Shown here piece by piece: positions 41,659 to 52,900 of a DNA stretch of 64,000 nt. Below the pieces are notes generated by a model. That model was not told where the DNA came from, ran no database searches, and worked only from the letters and a program-made list of their open reading frames with translations. Numbering within the stretch: the first letter of the stretch is position 1; each line of letters starts with the position of its first letter. The stretch comes from Parcubacteria group bacterium. GTDB taxonomy: Bacteria > Patescibacteriota > Minisyncoccia > Phycocordibacterales > DATDWN01. The position numbers and the translations under genes were made by a program. The DNA is taken from contig DAORIV010000003.1 in assembly GCA_035438705.1 (NCBI GenBank), forward strand, positions 4,699 to 68,698, in the 5' to 3' direction.

Positions 41659-42102
41659 TTAAAATGGAATATCTTCTGGGTTTATCTCCTCCTCAGGATA
41701 CTCTATCGTATCCATCGCCTTCTTATCATCCTCTGCAGGAGCTGGAGAGGCAAATCCCCCAGAAACTGCCCCATCTCTTTTAGGTCCGAACTGCATTCTG
41801 TCTACAACAATCTCAGTTCTATATTTTTTAACACCTGATGCATCATCCCAACTTCTTGTTTGCATTCTACCTTCCACTAAAATTGAAGAGCCTTTCTTCA
41901 TGTATTGTCCCACCATTTCTGCTTGTCTTCCGAAAACAACTACATTGTGATAGTCGACATTCTCTTGTTTAACACCATTTTTATCTTTCCAAACTCTATT
42001 TGTAGCCACTGAGAAACTTGCAACCTTAATACCAGATGGAAGAGCTTTGATTTCTGGATCTCTTGTTATATTCCCTATTACTATTGCTTTGTTTAAATAC
42101 AT
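41659..42102 (-). CDS. ssb: Single-stranded DNA-binding protein
   Basis: It has an OB fold (NKAIVIGNITRDPEIK..) and an acidic C-terminal tail ending DIPF. Confidence 0.9.
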   Translation of the reverse strand: MYLNKAIVIGNITRDPEIKALPSGIKVASFSVATNRVWKDKNGVKQENVDYHNVVVFGRQAEMVGQYMKKGSSILVEGRMQTRSWDDASGVKKYRTEIVVDRMQFGPKRDGAVSGGFASPAPAEDDKKAMDTIEYPEEEINPEDIPF

Positions 42103-42107
42103 ATTTT

Positions 42108-42644
42108 TTATGCTACAGCTAGGTCTTCCTCCACCTTATCCTCTACCACCTCTTCTTTTACTTCCTCAACAAAGTCATCACTCATTTCGTCTAGTTTCTT
42201 TGGCTTATCTTCAGATTTTAACTTCATTTTACCATTCAAAAGTGTGTTCTCTTTTACAGTCTTGATTAACAAGTATCTCAAAACATCTACATTGTTATCA
42301 AGGAATTTTTTTACTGAATCTATATTTTCACTAGATAATTGAAACTTAATCCATCCAAAATAACCCTTATCAGCCTTAAATCTTGATGTTTGTACAACTT
42401 TTACCATTTCATATGCTAGATCAATAAGAACTGGATCCTCTGAAGATATAACTTCACCTTGCACAGAAGTCACTGCATTTTTTATAGCTGAAACCTTCTC
42501 AGGAACTTGCTCTTGAGAAAGTGTTGGTAGGAGTAGATAAGACACCTCGTACACAGTTGAGTTGCCTTCTTTTGCACTTTTTACTTCGTCATTTAATTCT
42601 TTTTCCATGAAGTAGAGACTATCATAATAAACCAAAAGAGGCAA
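42108..42644 (-). CDS. rpsF: 30S ribosomal protein S6, with an acidic C-terminal extension
   Basis: It is the first gene of the conserved rpsF-ssb-rpsR arrangement. The start codon is ambiguous (M1 or M13). Confidence 0.7.
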   Translation of the reverse strand: MPLLVYYDSLYFMEKELNDEVKSAKEGNSTVYEVSYLLLPTLSQEQVPEKVSAIKNAVTSVQGEVISSEDPVLIDLAYEMVKVVQTSRFKADKGYFGWIKFQLSSENIDSVKKFLDNNVDVLRYLLIKTVKENTLLNGKMKLKSEDKPKKLDEMSDDFVEEVKEEVVEDKVEEDLAVA

Positions 42645-43464
42645 GGGATTCTTTAATTTTTGGGAAACGTTTTAAAACATTGTCAAATAAGGCTTTTTTC
42701 ATATTTTCTTCACTTTCCCCCTTAATTTCAGCCATTTTTTTAACAATATCCGGTATATACATTGGTGAATTTCTTTTACCCCTGTGTGGTACTGGAGCAA
42801 CAAATGGAGCGTCTGTCTCGACCATTATCATGTCTATTGGAGTTGATTTTATTAACTCATTATAATCATTTGTAAAAGTAATGACACCTGTAAATGATAC
42901 AGTAAAACCTATATCTAAAAACCTCTTAAGAATATTTAAATCCCCAGCAAAGAAATGAGCGTTTCCTTTTAGTTTACCGCCTGAAGTTTTTTGATGATGC
43001 TCAAGAATAGTCAATGCATCTAAGTATGCATCCTGTGTCCCCTTACTGCTTCTTATGTGTAGCATAAGTGGTTTGTCTACTGTAAGTGCCAGATCTACAT
43101 GATACTCAAAAATAGTCTTCTGAATCATTTTTATTTTTAATACATCCTCTTCATTTTCTGGCAACCTGAAATAATCAAGCCCACACTCACCTATTGCAAC
43201 CACTTTTTCTTCCAGTGCCAATTTTGTTAAGTGTTCATCAAAAACAGAGTCTACAGTTAAATCCCCAGGATGCTGTCCAATACATGCAAATAGATTTTTA
43301 TGCTCATTAGCAAGTCTCACACACTCCCTAGATGTTTTGATGTCTGTCCCAATATTTATCACCGCAATACCTGCTTTTTTAGTTCTTTCTATCTCTTCAT
43401 TTCGATCTTCATCAAAATCAGGAAAGTATAAGTGTGAGTGTATATCAAAATATTCAATCTTCAT
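42622..43464 (-). CDS. tatD: TatD-family metal-dependent hydrolase/DNase
   Basis: The N-terminus reads FDIHSHLYFPDFDEDR.., matching the TatD histidine motifs. Confidence 0.85.
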   Translation of the reverse strand: MKIEYFDIHSHLYFPDFDEDRNEEIERTKKAGIAVINIGTDIKTSRECVRLANEHKNLFACIGQHPGDLTVDSVFDEHLTKLALEEKVVAIGECGLDYFRLPENEEDVLKIKMIQKTIFEYHVDLALTVDKPLMLHIRSSKGTQDAYLDALTILEHHQKTSGGKLKGNAHFFAGDLNILKRFLDIGFTVSFTGVITFTNDYNELIKSTPIDMIMVETDAPFVAPVPHRGKRNSPMYIPDIVKKMAEIKGESEENMKKALFDNVLKRFPKIKESLASFGLL

Positions 43465-43465
43465 T

Positions 43466-44899
43466 TTAATCTTTGCGCAAAAATAATGGAGCCTCTGGTT
43501 TTTTGTTATCTAAAAGAAGTTGTTTTATATTCTTATGAGTATCGTACATAATTGGTTCTAATAGTTCGGCGATCTCATGTAGTTTTCTAACCATTTCCAA
43601 AATAAGCTCTTTACCTTTTTGTTCATCCGTTTTTACAACCTTAAATGGTTCAGTATTTTGTATAAACAAATCCAATTCTCCTATTTTCTTCCAAACAAAC
43701 TCTACTGCCATACTAATGTTGTATGTTTCCAATATTGCAAAATATTCTTCAAATTTAGTCTTTTCAAAACTAATCTCATTTTTATCTAAGTATTTCTCAG
43801 AAAGTGTTAATATTCTACTAGTTAAATTTCCTAATCCATTTGCCAAATCAGCATTATATAACTCTTTAAGTCTAGGCATAGTTATATCACTGTCTTCAAA
43901 CGGATGTACGTGTCTTAATAAAAGATATCTAACAGAATCTGAACCAAATTCATTAACAAGATCGAAAGGACTAATTACATTTCCCAAAGATTTACTCATC
44001 TTTTGTCCTCCAGAGTTAATGAATCCATGATAAACAACCCTATCAGTATTTTTAATATCTGCTGACATTAACATTGCCTGCCACATAATTGATTGAAATC
44101 TAACCTGGTCTTTTCCTGCAAGTTGGACTACTTCACCTTCTGTCCAATATTTCTTAAAGTTTCCACCCTCTTCTGGCCAATCCAAAGTTGAAATATAGTT
44201 AGTTAGTGCATCAAACCAAACATACATAACCTGATTTTGATCTCCAGGCACAGGTATGCCCCATGAAAGTCTTTCTTTCTCACGTGAAATACTAAAATCC
44301 TCAAGTCCAGCTTTTACAAAATTTATAGCCTCAACTGCTCTCCACTCTGGTAGTACAGAATTTTCCCTTTGCAAATACTCCAATAATTTATCCTCGTAAT
44401 TACTCAATTTGAAGAAATAATTTTCTTCTTCAATATTTTTTATTTCTAAATGGGGGTGTATAAAACATTTTCCATCTTCATTTAAATCCTTTGGTGTTTT
44501 AAATGATTCACAACCAACACAATATTTACCTGTATATGATTTTTTATAAATATCACCCTTAGATTCACATCTCTTCCATATTTCTTGAGCGGCCTTAATG
44601 TGTTTTTCATCTGTAGTTCTAATGAACACATCGTTAGATAGATTCAGAAGCTCTTTTAGTTTTTGAAATTCAGAAGAAAAATGGTCAGTATACTCTTTAA
44701 CATCTCTACCTTCTTTTTGACTTGCTTCCCATATTTTCTGACCGTGCTCATCGGTGCCTGTAGTGAAAAAAACATTATCGCCCCTTAGTCTTTTGTAACG
44801 TGCCACAACATCTGCATTTATGATTTCTGTAGCAAAACCAATATGTGGGTCAGAGTTCACATATGGAAGAGTTGTTGTAATATAAAAATTTTTAGACAT
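43466..44899 (-). CDS. metG: Methionyl-tRNA synthetase (short form)
   Basis: A class I fold with the HIGH-variant motif PHIGF and a KMSKS motif. It also has a CxxC zinc knuckle (CVGCESF) and overall MetRS-like order. Confidence 0.8.
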   Translation of the reverse strand: MSKNFYITTTLPYVNSDPHIGFATEIINADVVARYKRLRGDNVFFTTGTDEHGQKIWEASQKEGRDVKEYTDHFSSEFQKLKELLNLSNDVFIRTTDEKHIKAAQEIWKRCESKGDIYKKSYTGKYCVGCESFKTPKDLNEDGKCFIHPHLEIKNIEEENYFFKLSNYEDKLLEYLQRENSVLPEWRAVEAINFVKAGLEDFSISREKERLSWGIPVPGDQNQVMYVWFDALTNYISTLDWPEEGGNFKKYWTEGEVVQLAGKDQVRFQSIMWQAMLMSADIKNTDRVVYHGFINSGGQKMSKSLGNVISPFDLVNEFGSDSVRYLLLRHVHPFEDSDITMPRLKELYNADLANGLGNLTSRILTLSEKYLDKNEISFEKTKFEEYFAILETYNISMAVEFVWKKIGELDLFIQNTEPFKVVKTDEQKGKELILEMVRKLHEIAELLEPIMYDTHKNIKQLLLDNKKPEAPLFLRKD

Positions 44900-44930
44900 C
44901 TGGGTATTTTAAAACTGTAAGACAGAAAAA

Positions 44931-45998
44931 CTACTGTGAATTCATCATCCTTTCTATAGCCTCGATTTTATCTTTCTCAAAATCATTGAAAAACTCAATA
45001 ACAGCAGAAGCTATAGGGACAGATAGTATCATACCTATAAATCCTGCCAATTCCCACCCTGCAGTAAGTGCCAATATTGAAACCACTGGAGAAACCCCAA
45101 TAACCTTTTTAACAACTAAAGGATAAATCAACTGGTTCTCAAACTGGTGAATAATAATATACAACCCAATAACCACTAATGCCAAAGGCATACCTCCTGT
45201 AACAAATGCAATCATTATTGCTGGTATTGAAGCAAGTATGGGGCCAAAAAGAGGAATAATTTCCAAAATAGCAGCGAGTGTTGCTAAAAGTAGTGCGTTA
45301 GGAACTCCAATAATTAGAAGCCCTAAATATACCAACATTCCAATAATAACAGCCAGTACCAATTGCCCCTGCATCCACAAACCGATTTTCTTCTGAGATC
45401 TTTTCCACAACTCAACAACATATCTTTCGTGCTTTAGTGTTGTTATGGCTTTTAGAAACTTTCCAACTCCATCTTCTTCCACCGCAAGATAAAAAGAAAG
45501 AATAATTGTAAGTAAAAATGATAACAAACCTCCGAAAAATGTTGTTATACTTCCCAATGTATTTGAAGCAATAGAAGAAGTGATAGTATTGATTTGAATA
45601 ATTAGTTTCTCAAGATCAAAACTGTCTGTTAACTCTGCCACAAAAGGCTGTGAAGTAAAAAAACTACTATTTATTATTGTGCTTGGACTAAAGTATAAAG
45701 AAGAATTCGCTAGAAAATCAGATGACTCTCCTAGAAGTGGGACGAGTAAGAAAAAAACTGCGCCAACCATAAATAGAGCTAAACAAAGATATATCAGAAT
45801 AACTCCAAATAGTCTTGGTACACCTCTTCTCAAAAACCACTGTGTTCCAGGCTCAACGGCGGAAGCAATAACAATAGAAAGCAAAACCACAAGAATTAAA
45901 TCTTTTAGTAAATATGCTACATAAAACAAAATTATTACAACAATTGCCTTTGCTATAGTACCAACACTTATATTTATAGTGTTTTCTTTTAGATTCAT
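44931..45998 (-). CDS. AI-2E family transporter (PerM/UPF0118)
   Basis: A 355-aa polytopic membrane protein with the typical AI-2E topology and sequence. Confidence 0.7.
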   Translation of the reverse strand: MNLKENTINISVGTIAKAIVVIILFYVAYLLKDLILVVLLSIVIASAVEPGTQWFLRRGVPRLFGVILIYLCLALFMVGAVFFLLVPLLGESSDFLANSSLYFSPSTIINSSFFTSQPFVAELTDSFDLEKLIIQINTITSSIASNTLGSITTFFGGLLSFLLTIILSFYLAVEEDGVGKFLKAITTLKHERYVVELWKRSQKKIGLWMQGQLVLAVIIGMLVYLGLLIIGVPNALLLATLAAILEIIPLFGPILASIPAIMIAFVTGGMPLALVVIGLYIIIHQFENQLIYPLVVKKVIGVSPVVSILALTAGWELAGFIGMILSVPIASAVIEFFNDFEKDKIEAIERMMNSQ

Positions 45999-46035
45999 AA
46001 CTAAATATTACCACTCAAAAAAATATTTGTACAAA

Positions 46036-47361
46036 TTATGAGTTAAGTTCTGCTTTCACAAAACTAATTAGATCTAAAACTGACATTCTTTTTTGCTCTC
46101 CAGTATCTCTATCTCTTACAGTAACCCCTGCATCCTTTTCAATAGTTTCAAAATCAACAGTTACACACCAAGGAGTTCCTATTTCATCCTGTCTCCTGTA
46201 TCTCTTTCCAATATTTCCATTGTCATCAAACATAACCGCACCAAATTCTTTTTTAAGCTGTTTGAATACTTCTCTAGCTTTATCTACAAGCTCTGGTTTG
46301 TTTTTAAGTAGTGGAAACACTGCAATTTTAACTGGAGCTATTTTAGGTTTGAATGATAAATAAACTCTTGTATCTTCTCCATTTTCCTCCTCTCTATATG
46401 CATCACACAATACAGCAAGTATAGTTCTATCTAATCCCAGTGATGGTTCAATTACGTGAGGAGTATATCGTTCCTTATTTTCTTCATCAAAATAAGACAG
46501 ATCAACATTAGAACCAGCTGAGTGGCTTTTTAAATCAAAATCAGTTCTATATGCCAAGCCATATAACTCTTTTCTGCCGAATGGATAATCGAACTCAAAA
46601 TCTATTGTTCTCTTAGAATAGTGTGCTAAATCTGATTCAGAAACTTCAAGTTCGTGTACATGATTCATATCCAATCCTATTTCATTACACCAATTAAGCA
46701 TTGTTTTTCTCCATTCTCCAAAAGCACTCTCCCATTCAGTTGGCTTAACAAAATATTCAACTTCCATTTGTCTAAACTCTCTCGATCTAAAAACAAAATC
46801 TCTCGGAGCAATTTCATTCCGAAATGCCTTACCAATTTGTGCCATACCGAAAGGAATTTTTGGGTGTATTGAGTCTTGAATATTTTTATAATTTACAAAC
46901 ATACCCCCAGCAGTTTCTGGACGAAGATAAGTTACTGAAGACTCATCTTCTGAAGCTCCGATGTTAGTTTTAAACATCATATTAAATTGTTTTGGACTAC
47001 TTAATTTTCCACCACAATCAGGGCACTTATTTTTATCTTCTAATTGATCTTCTCTGAATCGATGTCCGCACTTTTCACAAATTACTAATGGATCGGAGAA
47101 ACCTGAAACATGACCTGATGCTTCCCATACTTTTGGGTTCATTATTATTGCAGCATCAACTCCATACATATCTTCTCTATCAGATACAAACATCTTCCAC
47201 CACAGATTTTTCAAGTTATTAGATAACTCTGCTCCATAAGGACCGTAATCCCAAGTACCTGCAAGTCCCCCATAGATTTCAGAGCCTTGAAAAACAAAAC
47301 CTCTTCTTTTACAAAGAGACACTATTTTCTCCATTAAGTTGTCATTTTTTGAACTTTCCAT
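46036..47361 (-). CDS. glyQS: Glycyl-tRNA synthetase, dimeric class II type
   Basis: It has class II motifs (FRNEIAPRDFVFRSREFRQMEVEYF) and an anticodon-binding C-terminus. Confidence 0.9.
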   Translation of the reverse strand: MESSKNDNLMEKIVSLCKRRGFVFQGSEIYGGLAGTWDYGPYGAELSNNLKNLWWKMFVSDREDMYGVDAAIIMNPKVWEASGHVSGFSDPLVICEKCGHRFREDQLEDKNKCPDCGGKLSSPKQFNMMFKTNIGASEDESSVTYLRPETAGGMFVNYKNIQDSIHPKIPFGMAQIGKAFRNEIAPRDFVFRSREFRQMEVEYFVKPTEWESAFGEWRKTMLNWCNEIGLDMNHVHELEVSESDLAHYSKRTIDFEFDYPFGRKELYGLAYRTDFDLKSHSAGSNVDLSYFDEENKERYTPHVIEPSLGLDRTILAVLCDAYREEENGEDTRVYLSFKPKIAPVKIAVFPLLKNKPELVDKAREVFKQLKKEFGAVMFDDNGNIGKRYRRQDEIGTPWCVTVDFETIEKDAGVTVRDRDTGEQKRMSVLDLISFVKAELNS

Positions 47362-47404
47362 ATTTAACCTATACTAACCTATCTATGAGTTAGATTCAAA
47401 CAAA

Positions 47405-49333
47405 TTAATTCGCAACAATATCACCCCCAGCAGGCATACCATCCTCAAATTTTGTATTTGTTTGAGAAGCAAATGTCTTTAATTCTGCCCCAGTGTGAGA
47501 ATCTATTGATGTAAGATTTGAAGAAAGTAATAAATTTGGCACAGTAGAAACCTGATTAAGACTTGGGACAATTCCTAGTTTAAAATACACCTGCTTAGCT
47601 GAAGAAGTAAAACCAGATCCAGCAGATACATTTCCTATATCCCAAGTTACAACCCTAGTATCTGGATCAAAGGTAATTTTTTCACTACTTGGAGAAGTTT
47701 CACCTTTCCACGACACACCTTGTGGCAAAACTGCCCTAACACTGGTACCTCTAAGGTCACTTGTAGTATTAGTCAAAGTCCAACTTATTGTATATGTAGT
47801 TTCCATATCGGCCTTTGGAGGTATTGGCCCAGAATTTGAAAATGGTCCTGTACTTCTAAGAGACTTACTCGTAAGATTCGCAACTGATGATATTTTTATT
47901 GTAACGTCCTCTGTTGAAGAAACTTTTCCACCGTCTCTACCTACCCTTTCCCCTGATATAACTATTTTAAGATCTATATATGGATTTTTAATTAACTTTG
48001 GTTGGACCAAATTAGAAATAGAAGCAACAGAAAATGAAACCCTGCCTGAATCTCCAGGTGACATATCCCCAAGATTACTTGTTGTATTTTTATCCCAAAC
48101 TATTTTATCCTCTACTGATCGATAAAATCCCTGATCTGCCACAGTTACCCTTGATCTATCTAGTGCATTTCCAGAAAGCTTTACTTCGATTGTACTATCT
48201 ACAATCTTATCCGGAAGAGTGTTTTGCCAACTTATGGAAGTACCATTTGTTGCCCCGGGGTTTGCTACTCCATTGTTGTAAGAATCAACTTCTAGATCAA
48301 AGAAGGACTTTCTAATTCCCATAGTTATCAAATTAGAAACAAGCGGAGTATCAAAATCAAAAACCCCACCAGACTTTGTTCCAGCGGATATTCTAAAAGA
48401 TCTATCTTCAAGGTTTTGACCGATCAAAACTCCATTTATACTGATTATTTTTTTGTCTCCATTTTTTAAGTCTCCTATACTCCAAACTGAATCGTCTCTA
48501 ACTGGTTTAATGTTTGATCCTTTGTAGGTAAATCCGTATGGGTATTCAATCTTCACTATTGCATCTTTTATTGGAACAGATGAATTTGAGGTTACGGAAA
48601 CATCTATTGTTATATTCTGTCCTGAATTTACTTCCTTTGGATAATCAAGTTCTAATATTATCGGCGAAGAACCAATTAAAACTTCATAGGTTTTTTCTTT
48701 TGAAAAGGTAGCATTAGAACCTGTTACCTTATATTCGATTCTGAAAGAAAAAGTTTTAACAGTATCTTTCTCTCCAAACAAAACCACTCTCAAACTATGA
48801 TCTTTTATTTGACCATTTTCAATCACTCCCAATGCGACTTCTTCATGTGAAATAGGTTTGTTTTCTTCAAGTACCGACTCTGTTCCATCTGGATAATCTA
48901 TAAACAAAGTTGCGTCTTCTAGTGTGGTTCTATTACCATTTTTAATAGAAAGTCCTATAGATAACTCTTCTCCAGAAGAAACGGAAGTTGGAGCAATTAT
49001 GTCCATTGTTATGTTATTTGAAGAAATTGTATTCAATCCCCCAAGGAATATAAAAGCAGCCACCCCAACTGATACCAAAAAGAATACAACTGAACCAAAA
49101 AAATACTTATTAAAAAATGCATTATTCCTCTTTATTATCACTTCAGGGGGTAAATCATAGTTTGGTTTACTGCCCCAATCAGTCGGAACATCGTACTCTT
49201 TCGGAGCAACAGGAGTCCTTTTTTCTTTTGGAATTATATCTTCGTTTCTTGAATAAAGAGTTCTTTTTAGTCTTTCTATACTACTTTCTTCTGGATTCAT
49301 ATTGGTATTAATTATAACACTATTTATTTTCAA
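47405..49333 (-). CDS. Large membrane-anchored hypothetical protein with repeated Ig-like or DUF11-like extracytoplasmic domains
   Basis: A 642-aa ORF with a cytoplasmic N-terminus, one TM helix (VVFFLVSVGVAAFIFLGG) and a repetitive beta-rich ectodomain. Confidence 0.5.
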   Translation of the reverse strand: MKINSVIINTNMNPEESSIERLKRTLYSRNEDIIPKEKRTPVAPKEYDVPTDWGSKPNYDLPPEVIIKRNNAFFNKYFFGSVVFFLVSVGVAAFIFLGGLNTISSNNITMDIIAPTSVSSGEELSIGLSIKNGNRTTLEDATLFIDYPDGTESVLEENKPISHEEVALGVIENGQIKDHSLRVVLFGEKDTVKTFSFRIEYKVTGSNATFSKEKTYEVLIGSSPIILELDYPKEVNSGQNITIDVSVTSNSSVPIKDAIVKIEYPYGFTYKGSNIKPVRDDSVWSIGDLKNGDKKIISINGVLIGQNLEDRSFRISAGTKSGGVFDFDTPLVSNLITMGIRKSFFDLEVDSYNNGVANPGATNGTSISWQNTLPDKIVDSTIEVKLSGNALDRSRVTVADQGFYRSVEDKIVWDKNTTSNLGDMSPGDSGRVSFSVASISNLVQPKLIKNPYIDLKIVISGERVGRDGGKVSSTEDVTIKISSVANLTSKSLRSTGPFSNSGPIPPKADMETTYTISWTLTNTTSDLRGTSVRAVLPQGVSWKGETSPSSEKITFDPDTRVVTWDIGNVSAGSGFTSSAKQVYFKLGIVPSLNQVSTVPNLLLSSNLTSIDSHTGAELKTFASQTNTKFEDGMPAGGDIVAN

Positions 49334-49335
49334 AT

Positions 49336-49920
49336 CTACAATTGACTCTCCTTCAAAGCTTTATTTATCACGGAGACTATTTTTGTTTTCTCACTATCTA
49401 TTTTTTCTAATAGAGAATAATCCCACAAACACGCTTCGTCAAAAAATATTTCTGTATTTTCATCTTTTGCAATATATCCTAGTCTATTTAATATTCTTAA
49501 AACCATAAGAATCTCAAACTCTGTTGTATTGTCTTCTTGAAGTTTTTTAAGATAATTAAAACCGGAAGATACCACTTCAAATGTTTTACTATCTGGAGAT
49601 TCCCCCACTATCATTTTAAGCAACATCTTAAATACTTGAGCCACCACCTTGTGAGTATATTTAGGTAAATCAAAAAATAAAGATGATTGGTATGTTGCAT
49701 TGGTAACTTTCCAACCTCCTTTTCCCTTTACACAAGAAATGATCACAAAAGAACCTTCCTGCAAAGCCGTTCGGAGTTTTGAAACGGACAACCTCGCTGA
49801 TCTGGCACTTGCAATTATTAACCCGAGATCTTTTGTGAATATGTGCAACAGAATATTCGCCTCACCAAACGGTGTTCGTTTTAAAATAATACCTTCTGTG
49901 GTGTAAACATGATAAGACAT
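49336..49920 (-). CDS. recO: DNA repair protein RecO (short form)
   Basis: It has an N-terminal OB fold (TEGIILKRTPFGEANILLHIFTKDLGLIIASARSARLS). The stop is 2 nt after the ileS stop codon. Confidence 0.7.
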   Translation of the reverse strand: MSYHVYTTEGIILKRTPFGEANILLHIFTKDLGLIIASARSARLSVSKLRTALQEGSFVIISCVKGKGGWKVTNATYQSSLFFDLPKYTHKVVAQVFKMLLKMIVGESPDSKTFEVVSSGFNYLKKLQEDNTTEFEILMVLRILNRLGYIAKDENTEIFFDEACLWDYSLLEKIDSEKTKIVSVINKALKESQL

Positions 49921-49921
49921 T

Positions 49922-52900
49922 TTATCTCAGAATAGAGAAAGTGGTCTCTCCACCAATATCTGGAACGTTATACTTCTGTTTTTCTTCTGTATAAGAAATA
50001 TCATTAACTCCAGTTGGAGATTTAATCATTTCCAGGTGTTTATATATAATTCCCTGCTTGTCTGTACAAAAAACAATGTTTACTACATCACTAGGATTTA
50101 ATTTTTCTGTTTTCCTTGCATCTTGAATAGCTCGAATAATATCTCTAGCAACACCTTCTTCTATAAGTTCTGGGGTTAAGTTGGTATCAAGTTTCACCTC
50201 ATCACCAACCACTACCTCTTTTACATTAACCTCATCAGCTATGATACTTAGTAACTCCTCTGAAAAACTTTCCTTTATTATAAGTGTGTTTAATGGCTGT
50301 CTTACCTTGTGGCCAGACTTTTGTCTAAGCTCCAAAGCCAAAGTAACATTCTCTCTAACCTTACTCATACTATCTATCAAAGAAGAATCAGTATCTCCGC
50401 CATTTGGCCAGAAGTCTAAATGCACACTTTCTTTTGATTCTGGATTCTTCATTTTTTGGTACACTTCTTCCGCAAAGAAAGGTGTAAATGGTGCCATATA
50501 TTTTGAAAGTTCGATTAGTACAAAGGCTGTTGTTGCCAGTGCTTCATTTCTTTCTTCAGCATTCTCAGATTTAAATCTATCTCTTGAGCGTCTTACATAC
50601 CAAGTAGAAAAATCGTTTACAAAATCCCTTATTGGCCTAGCAGATTCAAAAACTTGAAACTTCTCTAATGTTTTTGTTCCACCCTCAACCAACTCGTTTA
50701 GTCGTGACAAAATCCATTTATCCAAAACATTTTGACTTTTGTTATGTGGTAGTGTTTTGTCATCTTTGTACAACTCATAGAATGCAACAATGTTTAGAAG
50801 TGGGTTGAAAACTTTTTTAACTATTTCATCGACAGTTTTCTCATCAAAGTTTTTTGAATCCCCTGGCTGGTTAACCATATACATCCAAAGTCGTAGTGCA
50901 TCTACTCCGTATTTATTCATAAGCTCCCAAGGATCAAGAATGTTTCCAACAGACTTAGACATTTTCTTTCCGTCTTTATCTAGAATATGCCCAAGACAAA
51001 TTACATTCTTAAATGCCCTACCCTTACCCATAAGTATTCCTATTGCATGTAATGTATAGAACCATCCACGAGTCTGATCTATTGCTTCAGAAATAAAGTC
51101 TGCTGGGTATGCAAGCTCATTTTTATTCCAAGGGAAATGATCTTGTGCAAAAGGCATCGAGCCAGAGTCAAACCAAACGTCCATAACTTCCCTAACCCTT
51201 TTAAGTGAGCTTCCTTTTTCATCAACAAGCTCAACACCATCTATATATGGCTTATGCAGATCAACTTCATATTCTGAATTGTGTGGTAGTGGAATAAAAG
51301 AAATTTCGTGAACTTCTGCATTTCTTATAAACTCTTCTTTATCCTTTCCAAATAATGACGTTTCTACTCTGTTGTATCCTCTACTTGCAGATTCCAAAGC
51401 CCAAGCTGTGTGTTCGTGGGTCACAAAAAGTATCACTTCATTTGTATTTGTTTTATCTACATCATACAAAAGGTTTCCTGTTCTATTTTTAACATCAGAC
51501 AAATTTTCACCCTGCTCAGGCCTAATATCAAAAATATCCTCATCAGTTTTTATTAACTTATGATACTCATCTACCGACTGTCCTGACATAACCCCCAAGT
51601 CATGTTCTCCAAGTCTATCATCGAAAGTGAGTTTATCCTCTGTTAGCCCAAGTACTTCTCTTATTATTTCTGCAGTTTCTGTAGTGCGCACAAAAGGAGA
51701 AGAGATTATTTTTGTAATACCTTTTTCTTTCAAAACTTTTGCCGACTCTTCTACTTGTTTCCTGCCTTTTTCAGTAAGGTGAAAATTGTCTTCTTTTTTA
51801 CAACTCAAAATATTTGCAACATTATGTTCACCTTCACCGTGTCGAACTAGGAAATATTTATTTCCATTAGTTTTTATATATTTCTTTAAATCATCCAAAC
51901 CTCCTATTACTTTTATATTTCCTTCAGAATCTTGCCAAACTGGGAGTGGAGTTCCCCAATATCTCTCCCGAGAAATAGCCCAATCTTTTATTTCTCGAAG
52001 CCACTCTCCAAAACGTCCTTCTTTTATGTGTGAAGGTTCCCAGACTATGTTTTCATTCTCTTTCACAAGTTCTTCACGAAGTTTTGACATAGCGATATAC
52101 CATGAATCCCTTGCATAATAGATAAGTGGAGTTTTACATCTCCAGCAGTGTGGATATGAGTGCTCGTATTTTTCTTTCTTAAATAGCAATCCTCTGTGAG
52201 CCAAATCTTTTATTATATCTACTGCGACTTCTTCATCTTTAACAAATCTGTTAGACAAAAAATCCATACCATCTAGAAAATTCCCATCATCTTTAACTAA
52301 GTGAAACTTAGGGAGACCGATTTGTGTTCCCAAAATAAAATCATCTTGTCCGTACATTACTGCTGTATGAACAATTCCTGTTCCATCGGTTGTGGTTACA
52401 AAATCTGCAGAGTAAACCTTATACGCTTTTGCAAACGATTCTTTGTCTTTCTCCTCAAACTTCTGCACGAGGAATGGATACAGTGGTTCATACTCCATTC
52501 CAACCATTTCACTACCCTTATGTTCGGCAATAATCTCATATTCACCCTGTATCACTGAAAGTCTTTCTTTTGCTAAAACTAAAATCTCGCTGCCATTTTC
52601 TGTAGCGATTTTTACTTCTACATATACCACATCCTTTCCAACAGCAAGACCTACATTTCCTGGAAGTGTCCAAGGTGTAGTTGTCCACGCAAGAAAATAT
52701 CCATTTTCAGTTCCTCTTATTTTAAACTTTGCAGTTACAGAAAGATCTTTATCATCTTGATAACCTTGTGCTAGTTCATGTGATGACAATGCTGTTCCAC
52801 AACGTGGACACCAAGGTAGGACTTTGTAGTCTTTATATAACAACCCTCTATCATTTACAGTTTTTACAATATTCCAAACAGACTCTATATAGCTTGTATC

